Shown piece by piece: positions 36,941 to 46,410 of a stretch of DNA of 64,000 nucleotides (its first letter is position 1; the number at the start of each line of letters is the position of its first letter). The notes beneath the pieces are model-generated. The model was not told where the DNA came from and did no database searches. It saw nothing but the letters and a program-made list of their open reading frames with translations. The DNA lies in the NCBI GenBank assembly GCA_965248925.1, contig CBDFLE010000006.1, forward strand, positions 2,842,319-2,906,318. Reading direction: 5' to 3'. This DNA comes from Candidatus Multivoradales bacterium (lineage in GTDB: Bacteria > Acidobacteriota > Thermoanaerobaculia > Multivoradales > J023). The translations under genes and the position numbers were made by a program.

Positions 36941-38134
36941 TCATTTAATCTGCAAAACGTCACCCAGGAAGACAGTGTATCGGGAGCGCAGGATTCGCGC
37001 CAAGGAGGCGTTCTCGTGCACCGAGAGGATGCCGAGTTCGCCCAGGACGATTGGCGGGAATCCTTGCCGGCCTTGGCGATAGATGGTGAAGATGTCTCCG
37101 GCGGCCGCATTGTCGTTGCTGCCGCGATCGATGTACACCAGATGGCCCATGCCGAGAGCGACGATGTCGTTTTCGCTGAAGATAATCGACGGGCTGTCGA
37201 CCAGTTCCTCAGGCTTCGCCGGATAGTTGACCGGCCGCAAGGCGGTCAACCGGCGCAGTGGTACTGGCTCGGGTTCGAACAGGCGCAAGGCCGTACCGAC
37301 CGGCATTGGGTAGCAAGAGAGGATAATCTCACCAATGGATGTGTTCTCTTGCACGGACAGCAAGCGAACTCGGCCCAAGTAGCGGTTTAGGCGCCCGAAC
37401 TTGTTGCCGGTTCGTGGGTGTTCGACCAGTTGCGAAGGCTCGATGCCGGTGAGCATCTCCCCCGCTGACAGTCCGTCTGCCCGGCCACCTTCGAGATAGA
37501 CGATGTCGCCTAGTCCGAGGCCGTACTTCTGCGTGTTCGACTTGCCGTAGAGGCCCTTTATCTCGGAATCTCGCTGTGGATCGAGAGTCGGGGTGAGAAA
37601 CTCGTACTCCGAACCGGCGATCTTGAATGGGAAGCTCTCGCCGTCGTCCCCGATGTACCCGCTACAGTAGATATCTGCTTCGTACCCCAAGGGAATCGGT
37701 GCGTCGGCACCCCCTCGGGCACGATTCTCTCGATCATTGATCAGCGCGCTGAACGGGTCCTCTGGCGCCAGCGAGGCATCTTCGAGCGGCACCGCCGCGA
37801 TCCCCTCGGCCTCCAGTGTCGCCACCGTGCTCGGGGTCATCACCAGCGGATCGTCGGGATAGATCCAATGCGAGTCGAGGATGTATTGATTGGCCTCCCA
37901 GATCTGCGGCCAGAGGTGGCCATCGCCGAGAAAGCGCTGCGCCAGGCCCCACAGCGAGTCGCCGGGCTGGACGACGTAGATCTGTGATCCTGCAGGGACC
38001 ATTGAGGGCGGGTTCCAAGCCGTCCAATGCTGATCTGCAAGATGTAGATCACGCGGTGGCTCGTCAGCCGTCAGGCCCAGGGCCATCAAGACGGGTATTG
38101 CGGTGAGAATTGCGTACCAGCTCCGCTTGCTCAT
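36941..38134 (-). CDS. LysM domain-containing secreted protein
   Basis: ATG at 38134 (residue M41 of the tracked ORF) has GGGAGG 7 nt upstream. A signal/TM segment (WYAILTAIPVLMALG) is followed by a LysM motif (YVVQPGDSLWGLAQRFLGDGHLWPQIWEAN). The C-terminal region is unrecognised. Confidence 0.6.
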   Translation of the reverse strand: MSKRSWYAILTAIPVLMALGLTADEPPRDLHLADQHWTAWNPPSMVPAGSQIYVVQPGDSLWGLAQRFLGDGHLWPQIWEANQYILDSHWIYPDDPLVMTPSTVATLEAEGIAAVPLEDASLAPEDPFSALINDRENRARGGADAPIPLGYEADIYCSGYIGDDGESFPFKIAGSEYEFLTPTLDPQRDSEIKGLYGKSNTQKYGLGLGDIVYLEGGRADGLSAGEMLTGIEPSQLVEHPRTGNKFGRLNRYLGRVRLLSVQENTSIGEIILSCYPMPVGTALRLFEPEPVPLRRLTALRPVNYPAKPEELVDSPSIIFSENDIVALGMGHLVYIDRGSNDNAAAGDIFTIYRQGRQGFPPIVLGELGILSVHENASLARILRSRYTVFLGDVLQIK

Positions 38135-38384
38135 CCAAGCACCTCCCGGTCGCTCGTCGACGACATGTCGTGTCGAGCCACCTCTGTGGCTATTTTCCGG
38201 ACACTTGCGGCTATCGGCTGCCGGGTGATTGCGCGGTAGCCAGCTGCAATGCAAGGCCAGCGCAGATTACCATGCCAATGTAGATTTACGTATTGGTCCA
38301 TTTGCGACCTGGAAGCCAAGGTAACGGGATTACTTACGAGTGTCAAGACGGCTCCCGTCAGCGACCTGGGAGCCGGCCGATTCC

Positions 38385-39218
38385 TCATCGCAGCGCCTCC
38401 AGTCGATCCTCTGCTTGGGCGGCTGCCGAGCTGCCGGGAAAGCCATCCACAACTTCCCGGTAGGTTTCCTTGGCGCTCTTCAGATCCCCCAGCGCCTCCA
38501 GGCATTTTCCGGCCTTCAGCATCGCGTCAGGTACTTTGTTGCCGGCCGGATAGCGTTGCACCGTGGTGGTGAAAGCGGCCAGCGCGCTGGAGAAATCGCC
38601 TCGCGCATAGCGACTCTCGCCGATCCAGAATTGGGCGTTGTCGGCCAGCTCTGAGTCGGCGAAGCGTTCGATAATCTGGCGGAACGAGGCTTCCGCCTCA
38701 GCGTAACGCTGACGGTGAAAAAGAGTGTAGGCCTCGTCATAGATTCTTTGCGCGGGATCGAAGTGCTCGACTATTCGAGGTGTTGGTGCGGCCTCGACCG
38801 GGGTGGTCTCAGGGCGCTCGACCCGGCGCTGGTCAGGTCGTTGGATCTCCTCGACTGGAGTCGTGACCGACGGCCGAGTGGGCCGTGGTTCCAACTCCAA
38901 TTCCACTTCTTCGACCGGCAGTTCATCGATCAGGGGGCCGATGGCGACAGGTTGCCCGGCCGCCTTGCCCAGGGCAGTGGATTCGGCAGCTGCTCGAGCG
39001 GCTGCTTCGGCAGCAGCGTCGCGAGTGGCGAGTTCGCCCCGCAAGCGTTCGACTTCTTTTTGCAGACGCTGGGCCTCCACCTCGCCGACCGTGGCTCGCT
39101 GCTGCAACTCAACGATCCGCTGTTGCAGCAGTTCGACTTGCCCCTCTTGGCTTGCTGAGCCAGAGCGGATCAAGCCGCCACCGCAAGCAGCTAGCGACAA
39201 GCCGAGGCAGAGTAGCAT
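38385..39218 (-). CDS. cpoB: Tol-Pal system protein YbgF/CpoB-like (coiled coil + C-terminal TPR) lipoprotein
   Basis: The N-terminus reads MLLCLGLSLAACGG, which looks like a lipoprotein signal peptide with a lipobox (proposed start is M27 of the tracked ORF). An N-terminal coiled coil reads VELLQQRIVELQQRATVGEVEAQRLQKEVERLRGE. A Pro/Glu linker follows. The C-terminal YbgF-type TPR region reads AQRIYDEAYTLFHRQRYAEAEASFRQIIERFADSELADNAQFWIGESRYARGDF. Confidence 0.6.
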   Translation of the reverse strand: MLLCLGLSLAACGGGLIRSGSASQEGQVELLQQRIVELQQRATVGEVEAQRLQKEVERLRGELATRDAAAEAAARAAAESTALGKAAGQPVAIGPLIDELPVEEVELELEPRPTRPSVTTPVEEIQRPDQRRVERPETTPVEAAPTPRIVEHFDPAQRIYDEAYTLFHRQRYAEAEASFRQIIERFADSELADNAQFWIGESRYARGDFSSALAAFTTTVQRYPAGNKVPDAMLKAGKCLEALGDLKSAKETYREVVDGFPGSSAAAQAEDRLEALR

Positions 39219-39299
39219 CCCGCCGTTAGATACCCGAGTGAGAGTTGCGCGCCGTTGGTCGCTTGATTCGGCAGGATGTTTTCTCGGGCAGCTCATGGC

Positions 39300-40148
39300 T
39301 CAAGAGGATCCTTTCTTCTGTTTGTCGAAGGCGCGACGTCGCTCTTCGTACTTCTTCTTGTCCTTAGCGAGTTTCTTGAGCACCTTGGTCTGGCGCTGGT
39401 CCAGTTCCGCGATCCACGGCGAGTCGGGATGTTCTTGCTCGAGTGCTTGGCGGGCGGTGGCGGCTTCCTCGCTCTGGTCACATCTGAGGTTCGCTAGACT
39501 GAGCCAAAAGAGCACCTCGTCCATTCGGCCGTAGCTCGGATGGTCGTCGCCGACCGGCGCCAATCGTTGGATCGCGGCGGAGCACAGACCGTAACGAAAG
39601 TAGAACTTGCCGATGATCAACTCGGCGGCGGCCAAATTGTTTCCCGCTGCGGCGATCTGCTGTCGTGCCTCGGTGGTGTACTCACTGGTTGGATAGAGCC
39701 GGATCAGTTCCTGATAGGCGGCGATCGCCTGATGCGAGGCTTGCTGGTCCCGGTCAGGCTTCTCCATTCGCTGAAAAAGACAGTTGGCCACTTGAAATTG
39801 GGCGTAGTCGGCCCTTTCACTGGTCGGAAAGCGGTTCAGGAAATCGCGGTACCTGGCCTCACACTTGACGTAGTTGTCGGGTCCACCGTTTTGGTAGAGG
39901 GCGTCGGCGGCCAAGAGCAGAGCCTCGCGGCCGGTGCGCGAGTTGGGCTCGACCTCGAACGCATGGGTCAGCAGCCGCCGGGCGCGGAAGAACTTCTCAG
40001 CTTCCATCTGGGCCTTACCCTGCTCCAAGGCCTCGGCGGCCGAAAGGCGCAGAATTGGGTCCTGCCGTTGGTTGCCGCTACAAGCAGCAACCAGCAATAG
40101 CAGCCCACAGAGGAGGGGTCTGAAGAAGATTGGGGATTTTGTTCTCAT
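39300..40148 (-). CDS. bamD: Outer membrane protein assembly factor BamD (YfiO) lipoprotein
   Basis: ATG at 40148 (M29). Lipobox reads LLLLVAACSG. BamD-type TPRs with the conserved block RYRDFLNRFPTSERADYAQFQVANCLF...AAYQELIRLYPTSEYTTEARQ. Confidence 0.75.
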   Translation of the reverse strand: MRTKSPIFFRPLLCGLLLLVAACSGNQRQDPILRLSAAEALEQGKAQMEAEKFFRARRLLTHAFEVEPNSRTGREALLLAADALYQNGGPDNYVKCEARYRDFLNRFPTSERADYAQFQVANCLFQRMEKPDRDQQASHQAIAAYQELIRLYPTSEYTTEARQQIAAAGNNLAAAELIIGKFYFRYGLCSAAIQRLAPVGDDHPSYGRMDEVLFWLSLANLRCDQSEEAATARQALEQEHPDSPWIAELDQRQTKVLKKLAKDKKKYEERRRAFDKQKKGSS

Positions 40149-40804
40149 GCGGTTTCCTGTGCGATTTCCTTGAGCTGGCGCATGGCGGCCGCCGGGTCGT
40201 CTGCGTTGAAGGTCGCCGAACCGGCGACGCACACGTCAACACCCGCGGCAGTAATCTGCGCAATGTTGTCGGCGCCGATGCCGCCGTCCATCTCGATCGA
40301 GACGGTCAGTTGGCGCTCGTTGATCATCCCTCGCAAGCGCCGTGCCTTGTGTACCACGAAGGGCAGAAAACTCTGCCCGCCGAATCCTGGATTGACCGAC
40401 ATCAGAACCACAAAATCCAAATGGTCCAGCACATCGACCAAGAACTCGACCGGGGTGCCGGGATTGAGTGCGACGCCTGCGCGAGCGCCGCCTTCGCGAA
40501 TCTGGCCCAGCAGGCGGTCGAGGTGCTCGACTGCCTCCCAATGCACCGAGATCCAAGCCGCGCCAGCTTCGAGGTAGGCATCCAAGAGACGCCCTGGGTT
40601 GGAGACCATCAGGTGCACGTCGATCGGCAGTTCGCAACGCCGGTGGACCGCCTCGAGCACCGGGATGCCGAAGCTCAGATTGGGGACAAAGTGGCCATCC
40701 ATGACATCGAAATGAACCAAGCCGGCGCCACCCTCTACGCACAAGTCGAGAGCGCTGCCCAGATCCGCCAGGTCGGCGGCGAGAATCGAGGGGGCGAGAA
40801 TCAT
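40145..40804 (-). CDS. rpe: Ribulose-phosphate 3-epimerase
   Basis: Rpe signatures read ILAPSILAADLADLG, VHFDVMDGHFVPNLSFG, MSVNPGFGGQSF and DGGIG. 219 aa. Confidence 0.9.
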   Translation of the reverse strand: MILAPSILAADLADLGSALDLCVEGGAGLVHFDVMDGHFVPNLSFGIPVLEAVHRRCELPIDVHLMVSNPGRLLDAYLEAGAAWISVHWEAVEHLDRLLGQIREGGARAGVALNPGTPVEFLVDVLDHLDFVVLMSVNPGFGGQSFLPFVVHKARRLRGMINERQLTVSIEMDGGIGADNIAQITAAGVDVCVAGSATFNADDPAAAMRQLKEIAQETA

Positions 40805-41589
40805 GGAAGTCGGTACCCCCGGTCATTGACTGAAGTGGGGCCGAGCGCTAGATCGGGCTCTGGTGCCACCACGCCGAGCGAGATCACCTCACCGCGGTGC
40901 AGAGGGTGGCCGCTGAGCGGGAATTGACGCAGAACAGTTCCCGGTGCTCGGCCTGGGTAAGTCTCGTAACCCACTCTGCCCAAGCGAAACCCGCGCTGCT
41001 CGAAAAAGCGGCGCACGGTGTCGTAGTCGCGATCAATCAAATCTGGCATCAAGAAAACTTCCATCGGATTGGCCACCGAGATGAACAAATCCACCGCGCC
41101 GCCCAGCTTCACCATCGAGCCCACCGCCGGCTGCTGCGACACCACCGTACCGCGCGGGCCCCGCGGGCTGTAGATGCTGAGCGTCCGGCCCAGGCTGAGG
41201 CCAGCGGCCGCCAATACCACCTGTGCTGCTTGCGGCGCCTCGCCGATCACTGAAGGCACTTGCAGCAGCTGCGGACCGCGCGACAACAGGAGGGTTACCT
41301 TACTGCCACGACGCACTAAGGTGCTGGCACCCGGACGTTGCAGCAGAACATGGCCGTCGGGCACCTGCTCATCGAAGCGATCCTCACCATGATCCAGTTG
41401 CGGGTTAAGCCCCTGATCGGCGAGCAAAGCCCGCGCCTCGGTCTCGGCCAGGCCCTTCAGTTCGGGCAGTGGAGTCACCCCCCGGCGCACGAACTGGCTG
41501 AACGAAACGTAGGCCACCAGGCCGAATATCACCGCCAACGTACCCAGGTAGGCCAGGCATCCCAGGCCACGAAACCACTTGCGCCACAT
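40801..41589 (-). CDS. PASTA domain-containing membrane-anchored protein
   Basis: An N-terminal TM (LGCLAYLGTLAVIFGLVAYVSF) is followed by three PASTA-like repeats, each of the form VP.V.G......A...L...GL....G....P.G.V..Q.P..G..V..G..V.L..S. Confidence 0.6.
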   Translation of the reverse strand: MWRKWFRGLGCLAYLGTLAVIFGLVAYVSFSQFVRRGVTPLPELKGLAETEARALLADQGLNPQLDHGEDRFDEQVPDGHVLLQRPGASTLVRRGSKVTLLLSRGPQLLQVPSVIGEAPQAAQVVLAAAGLSLGRTLSIYSPRGPRGTVVSQQPAVGSMVKLGGAVDLFISVANPMEVFLMPDLIDRDYDTVRRFFEQRGFRLGRVGYETYPGRAPGTVLRQFPLSGHPLHRGEVISLGVVAPEPDLALGPTSVNDRGYRLP

Positions 41590-41698
41590 AGATACCGCAG
41601 TCTACCAGAGGAGCGTTCAGAGACCGAGGAGGGTGAGCTGATTCTTACGCCGGGTCCGACTTAGCGAACATAGAGAGGCCGACAAGTGAGTTGGTGAC

Positions 41699-42997
41699 TC
41701 AAGAGAGGATCTTGGTTAGATCGAAGAAAATCACCACCGCCATCAAGGTCATCAGCATCATGAAGCCGAGCTGGCTAACTCGTTCCTTGAAGCGCAGAGA
41801 CAAGTCGCGCCGCAGCACGCTCTCGACCAGTAAAAGAGAGATGTGGCCGCCATCGAGCACCGGAATCGGCAGCAGATTCATGAAGCCGATACTGATCGAC
41901 AGGAAGCCCATGGTGAACAGCAGGTCCCTGATACCTCGCTTGGCTGCCTCGCCAGAGATGACCGCGATCTCGACCGGCCCCGACAGCGCGCTCTTGGCCT
42001 TGATGTCATTGGTCAGCAGTTTGCCGAGAATCTGCACACTGCGCTGGACAATCTCCAAGTTGAAGCGGACGCTGGCAACAATCGCCTCGCCCAGTGGTAG
42101 CTTGCGGAAGATGCCACCGTAGACGCCGATCTTGCCCAGGCCTTCCTCGTCGGCTTCCGGGGTGACGATGACCTTCACTAGCTGGTCGTTGCGCAGCACG
42201 CCGACTTCCACCGCCACTCCGGGGTGACTTTCGATGAACTCGACGAAGCCCTTCCAGCCCCCCACTGGTTGGCCGTCAATGGTGTGCGGCAGGTCGCCGG
42301 AGAGAAATCCGGCGCGGGCGGCAGGTCGGTCCTTGACCACCTGGGTGATGCGCACTTCGAGTTCCGGACGGATGCCGGCGTCGCCGTACTCGTAGCGTTC
42401 CACTTTGATCGGTGTCACCGTAGTGGCGAAGCGTTCGCCAGCGCGCTCAACGGTGACTTCGACCGGTTTCTCGGCCGCGGTCATGAAAGCAAAAGAGACG
42501 TCCTTCCATTTGTCGACCTTTTGGCCGTCGATGGCCACGATTAGGTCGCCGATCTCCAGCCCAGCCGCCAGTGCAGGGCCGTCTTCTTGTAGCCAGCCCA
42601 CCACCGAGGGGCTTTCCTGCAGCGCCTGGGCTTCGAAGCCGGCCATGAAGACGCCAGTGATCAGCCCCACCGACAACACCCCGTTCATCGCCGGGCCTGC
42701 CAAGTAAACGATGATTCTCTGCCACCGCGGCTTGTTGAGAAACGCGTTCGGGTCGTCGTTGCGTTCGTCGGGGAGCTCTCCGTCGAGTCGGACATAGCCG
42801 CCGAACGGCAAGGCCGACAGACGACAATCCGTACCGCGGTAATTGAATCCCCAGAGCCTCTTGCCGAAGCCGAGAGAGAAGACGGGCACATGCACGCCAA
42901 AGAGCTTAGCGGCCAGGAAATGGCCCATCTCGTGGACGAAGACGATTGCCCCGAGAGCAACCAAGAAAGCAGCGGAGTTGAAGAGGATTCCTTGCAT
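41699..42997 (-). CDS. rseP: RIP metalloprotease RseP (site-2 protease, M50 family) with PDZ domains
   Basis: ATG at 42997 (M34). Carries the HEMGHF zinc-binding motif in TM1 (AIVFVHEMGHFLAAKL). Two PDZ-like regions are present. The C-terminal LDG motif reads NLLPIPVLDGGH. Confidence 0.9.
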   Translation of the reverse strand: MQGILFNSAAFLVALGAIVFVHEMGHFLAAKLFGVHVPVFSLGFGKRLWGFNYRGTDCRLSALPFGGYVRLDGELPDERNDDPNAFLNKPRWQRIIVYLAGPAMNGVLSVGLITGVFMAGFEAQALQESPSVVGWLQEDGPALAAGLEIGDLIVAIDGQKVDKWKDVSFAFMTAAEKPVEVTVERAGERFATTVTPIKVERYEYGDAGIRPELEVRITQVVKDRPAARAGFLSGDLPHTIDGQPVGGWKGFVEFIESHPGVAVEVGVLRNDQLVKVIVTPEADEEGLGKIGVYGGIFRKLPLGEAIVASVRFNLEIVQRSVQILGKLLTNDIKAKSALSGPVEIAVISGEAAKRGIRDLLFTMGFLSISIGFMNLLPIPVLDGGHISLLLVESVLRRDLSLRFKERVSQLGFMMLMTLMAVVIFFDLTKILS

Positions 42998-43162
42998 TAC
43001 AGCCAGAGAGTCTAGCAGGTCGCGCGGCCCTGGTAGACCACCACTGACGCGCCAACCGAGGTTGCTATTGTTTGCCGGTGTCAGGCAGTCTGCCAAAAAA
43101 GCCTTCAGCTATGTCTGGGGGATGGTGTGGATTGGGATCGAGTTCTGGTGCTGCGCCAGGCT

Positions 43163-43223
43163 CCGCCCGTGCCACCCGTCTCGGCAACATCCGCCCAGCG
43201 TGCCACCCGCCTCGGCAACATCC
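43163..43223. repeat. Two 31-bp direct repeats (CCGCCC..GTGCCACCCGYCTCGGCAACATCC) at the rseP-proximal end of the putative element
   Basis: GTGCCACCCGTCTCGGCAACATCC at about 43169-43192 and GTGCCACCCGCCTCGGCAACATCC at about 43200-43223. A 7-bp-stem hairpin GGTCTCT(N9)AGAGACC lies nearby at about 43425-43447. Confidence 0.6.
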
Positions 43224-43463
43224 ATCGCGGCCGCTGTTTTTTGGGCTCTGCGAAGTTCACTATCTTGTCCATGGGTGCTCATATCGATTGCAGATGGACG
43301 AGGATTCGTGATCTTTGGCTTAACAGTGTCCATCGAGCAAGTTTGCCAACCGCTCGTCATTGCCTTCGGGTTCTATCAGGACAGACCTCCCCTGTTGATT
43401 GAGAAGTTAATTCCGGTTGTTTTTGGTCTCTCTTGGCAGCAGAGACCCTCGTAAAGTCGCAGC

Positions 43464-44432
43464 CTATCCAGGCACCTGGATCGGTCCTGCTCTACTACCG
43501 GGCTGGCCAAAATCGCTCGAAACACTAGGCCGTGGGGGCGGAAAACAGCTCGGCGGAAACTCTACCGAGTGATCTCCTGCCCGCAAGCGGACGGCCGCTT
43601 GCCGATATGCTTCGACAAAGAGGCGGTAGGCCTCCTTCAACTGCTTGCGGACCGCTCTCGATGCTGCATGGACAGCTGGAGCTGGAGATTTCTTGCTGCG
43701 AGCAGGCCGCTGGTGTGGGTGCTGCTTGCGGATCACTGCCGCACCCAGGGGCACGGGGCCGCCGAGTACCACCCGTCGGGCGCTTTCAGCATCGATCTCC
43801 GCGACCATCTCGGTAAGACGCCGTCGAATTTCATCAGACGGCAGGTGCCGCCAGCAGGGCAGCGGATCCAGCCGCAGGGTATGGCGTTTGGTGAAGGTCT
43901 CAAGGTCGACCTTCTGGTAACGGCGGTGGGCTTCGTACTCGAGACTGCGGTCACGCCAAATCCCCTCTAGAGGTTTGCCCTGGGTGAGAGCTTCGATGCA
44001 CTGCAGCCCTGGCCACTCCCGGCAGCGGAGCACCAGATTCTCTTTCGGGCCGTGGCTGATCACATAGCGCAGTCTGGAAACCAACGCCGCCTCTTCGCTG
44101 CTGACTTCGATAGCTCGGAAGCGGCGGCCCCAGAATTTCTCCGGCCAGTCGACAATGAGATTTGCTTCGCGGGCAAGGTTGCCGTTGACGTACTCCATGA
44201 AGCCGGATAGATCTTTGACGTTGGCGGCTCCGATCAGGAAATGGAGGTGGTTGAGGAGGCCGCCGAAAGCATAGATCTCCACCGGATGGCGCAGCTGGGC
44301 GCGGGCGATGATGCCGATCGCAATGCTGCGGAAGTGCTCGCCAGCAGGTAGCAGGTATCGGCTTTGGAGGCAGCGCGTGGTGATTTCGAAGATAGCGCCG
44401 CCGGGGCGAATGTGTCGGAGTTGTCTTCCCAT
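43464..44432 (-). CDS. IS200/IS605-family (Y1 HUH, REP-associated tyrosine transposase-like) transposase with a C-terminal extension
   Basis: HUH motif reads NHLHFLI. The COG1943/RAYT-like block FWGRRFRAIEVSSEEAALVSRLRYVISHGPKENLV matches the generic pattern LW.RR....I.DE..L....RYI..NPV, with the catalytic Tyr in RYVISHG. The proposed start is ATG at 44432 (M101 of the tracked ORF). An alternative ATG lies at 44522. The upstream part of the tracked ORF is merely translation of the DNA repeats (PFRVP...). Confidence 0.6.
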   Translation of the reverse strand: MGRQLRHIRPGGAIFEITTRCLQSRYLLPAGEHFRSIAIGIIARAQLRHPVEIYAFGGLLNHLHFLIGAANVKDLSGFMEYVNGNLAREANLIVDWPEKFWGRRFRAIEVSSEEAALVSRLRYVISHGPKENLVLRCREWPGLQCIEALTQGKPLEGIWRDRSLEYEAHRRYQKVDLETFTKRHTLRLDPLPCWRHLPSDEIRRRLTEMVAEIDAESARRVVLGGPVPLGAAVIRKQHPHQRPARSKKSPAPAVHAASRAVRKQLKEAYRLFVEAYRQAAVRLRAGDHSVEFPPSCFPPPRPSVSSDFGQPGSRAGPIQVPG

Positions 44433-44539
44433 ACCCCCCAAAGACGACAGGGGGGACTCCAATCTTGCGGGTTCGGGCGAGAAACTTCGAAGATTTTGTG
44501 GAGGATCTGGTGCGGAACACATCCGCGGATGGCGTAACT

Positions 44540-44704
44540 GGCTGAAAACAAATGAGTACGAATCGGGTGGCACCCTGAATGGCACCCTGAATGGGGGCCT
44601 GAATGGGCACCCTGAATGGGCTGAAAACAAATGAGTACGAATCGGGTGGCACCCTGAATGGCACCCTGAATGGGGGCCTGAATGGGCTACTTCAGCTACT
44701 TCAG
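44540..44704. repeat. REP-like repeat array: about 1.85 copies of a 79-bp unit with internal tandem 12-mers (GCACCCTGAATG), followed by a CTACTTCAG direct duplication that overlaps the cdsA stop codon
   Basis: Copy 1 (44540-44618) reads GGCTGAAAACAAATGAGTACGAATCGGGTGG(CACCCTGAATGG)x2 GGGGCCTGAATGG GCACCCTGAATG. Copy 2 (44619-44686) is identical but lacks the last 12-mer. CTACTTCAG CTACTTCAG follows at 44687-44704. Confidence 0.75.
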
Positions 44705-45549
44705 CTGTTGGCCGACCAGTGCTGAGCGCCAATCAACCACAGGCCGGCGAGAAAGACCGGGGTGGCCAGGAGCAGAGCATCGAGGCGGTCGTAGAGCCCG
44801 CCGTGGCCGGGAATGAGCTGTGAGGAGTCTTTGACCCCAGCTCCGCGCTTGAACAAGCTTTCCACTAGATCGCCGACTTGGGCGACGACAGCGGTTGCCG
44901 CCGCCACTGACAGCAATCCCCCGTCGAGACGGTCGAGGCGCCACATTGACCACACGGCAGTCGCGCCCATGGCGGCGAGGAAGCCTCCCGCGGCTCCTTC
45001 CCATGACTTGTTGGGACTGATCCGTGGCGACATCTTGTGGCGACCGATTTTCGAGCCGACGTAGAACGCCATGGTGTCGCTCAGCCAGACAATCGCCAGC
45101 AGTGCCGCGACCAGCCAGGGGTCTTGCCATTGCAAGGCCCCGAGGCAGGCCAGCGGTACCGCGAAGTAGGGCACCGCGAAGGCAGCCAGGCCGATCGCCA
45201 ATGCCGCCTCTTCGACTTTGGTGCGCGGTGACAGGCCGACCAAGGCCGCTGCCAGGGTTACCCCGTGAGCGGCGACCACCAGCCACAGGCTCACTTTGCC
45301 GGATTGTGGATAGAAGCGGAATGCACCGTAAAGCAGGGTTCCGGCTAGGGGCACCCACAGCAACAACCAGCCCAGGGGCGCGCTCGGCGCCCAGTGGCGA
45401 GCAATGCGCACGAACTCGTTGGCGGTGGCTGTCAGTAAGATCGCCAGCAGGCCGAAAATCACCACCGAAGGCAGCAGAAACACGGCCACCAGACAGAGCG
45501 GTGCGGCGATCAGACCGAAGATCAGGCGCTGTTGTCGCGAACTCGTCAC
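44701..45549 (-). CDS. cdsA: Phosphatidate cytidylyltransferase
   Basis: A multi-TM protein with the CdsA C-terminal signature SLFKRGAGVKDSSQLIPGHGGLYDRLDALL. 282 aa. The uppS-cdsA operon order is conserved. Confidence 0.85.
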   Translation of the reverse strand: MTSSRQQRLIFGLIAAPLCLVAVFLLPSVVIFGLLAILLTATANEFVRIARHWAPSAPLGWLLLWVPLAGTLLYGAFRFYPQSGKVSLWLVVAAHGVTLAAALVGLSPRTKVEEAALAIGLAAFAVPYFAVPLACLGALQWQDPWLVAALLAIVWLSDTMAFYVGSKIGRHKMSPRISPNKSWEGAAGGFLAAMGATAVWSMWRLDRLDGGLLSVAAATAVVAQVGDLVESLFKRGAGVKDSSQLIPGHGGLYDRLDALLLATPVFLAGLWLIGAQHWSANS

Positions 45550-45558
45550 GCCGGGTTC

Positions 45559-46383
<825 letters not shown>

Positions 46384-46410
46384 TGTACCACAGCGAACCC
46401 CGCGGACGGT

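Larger units (their letters stand above)
43100..44700 (-). mobile_element. Putative IS200/IS605-like (RAYT-type) element with repeat-rich, hairpin-bearing ends, inserted between rseP and cdsA
   Basis: A Y1 HUH transposase gene is flanked on one side by a 79-bp tandem duplication with 12-mer subrepeats (44540-44686) and on the other by 31-bp direct repeats plus a hairpin (43163-43447). The segment about 43240-43450 is noticeably less GC-rich than its surroundings. The boundaries are approximate. Confidence 0.45.

Noticed and set aside
43951-44664. A 237-aa ORF and the N-terminal 100 aa of the 422-aa transposase ORF, containing PFRVP/PIQAPIQGAIQGA peptide repeats.
   Set aside because: These are translations of the DNA-level 12-mer and 79-bp repeats, not a genuine repeat protein. 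The real transposase start lies downstream of the repeat array.
44540-44704. A possible CRISPR array, judged from the regular short repeats.
   Set aside because: The units are 12 bp, contiguous, and lack spacers of uniform length. There is no cas gene nearby. The structure is a REP- or minisatellite-like array.
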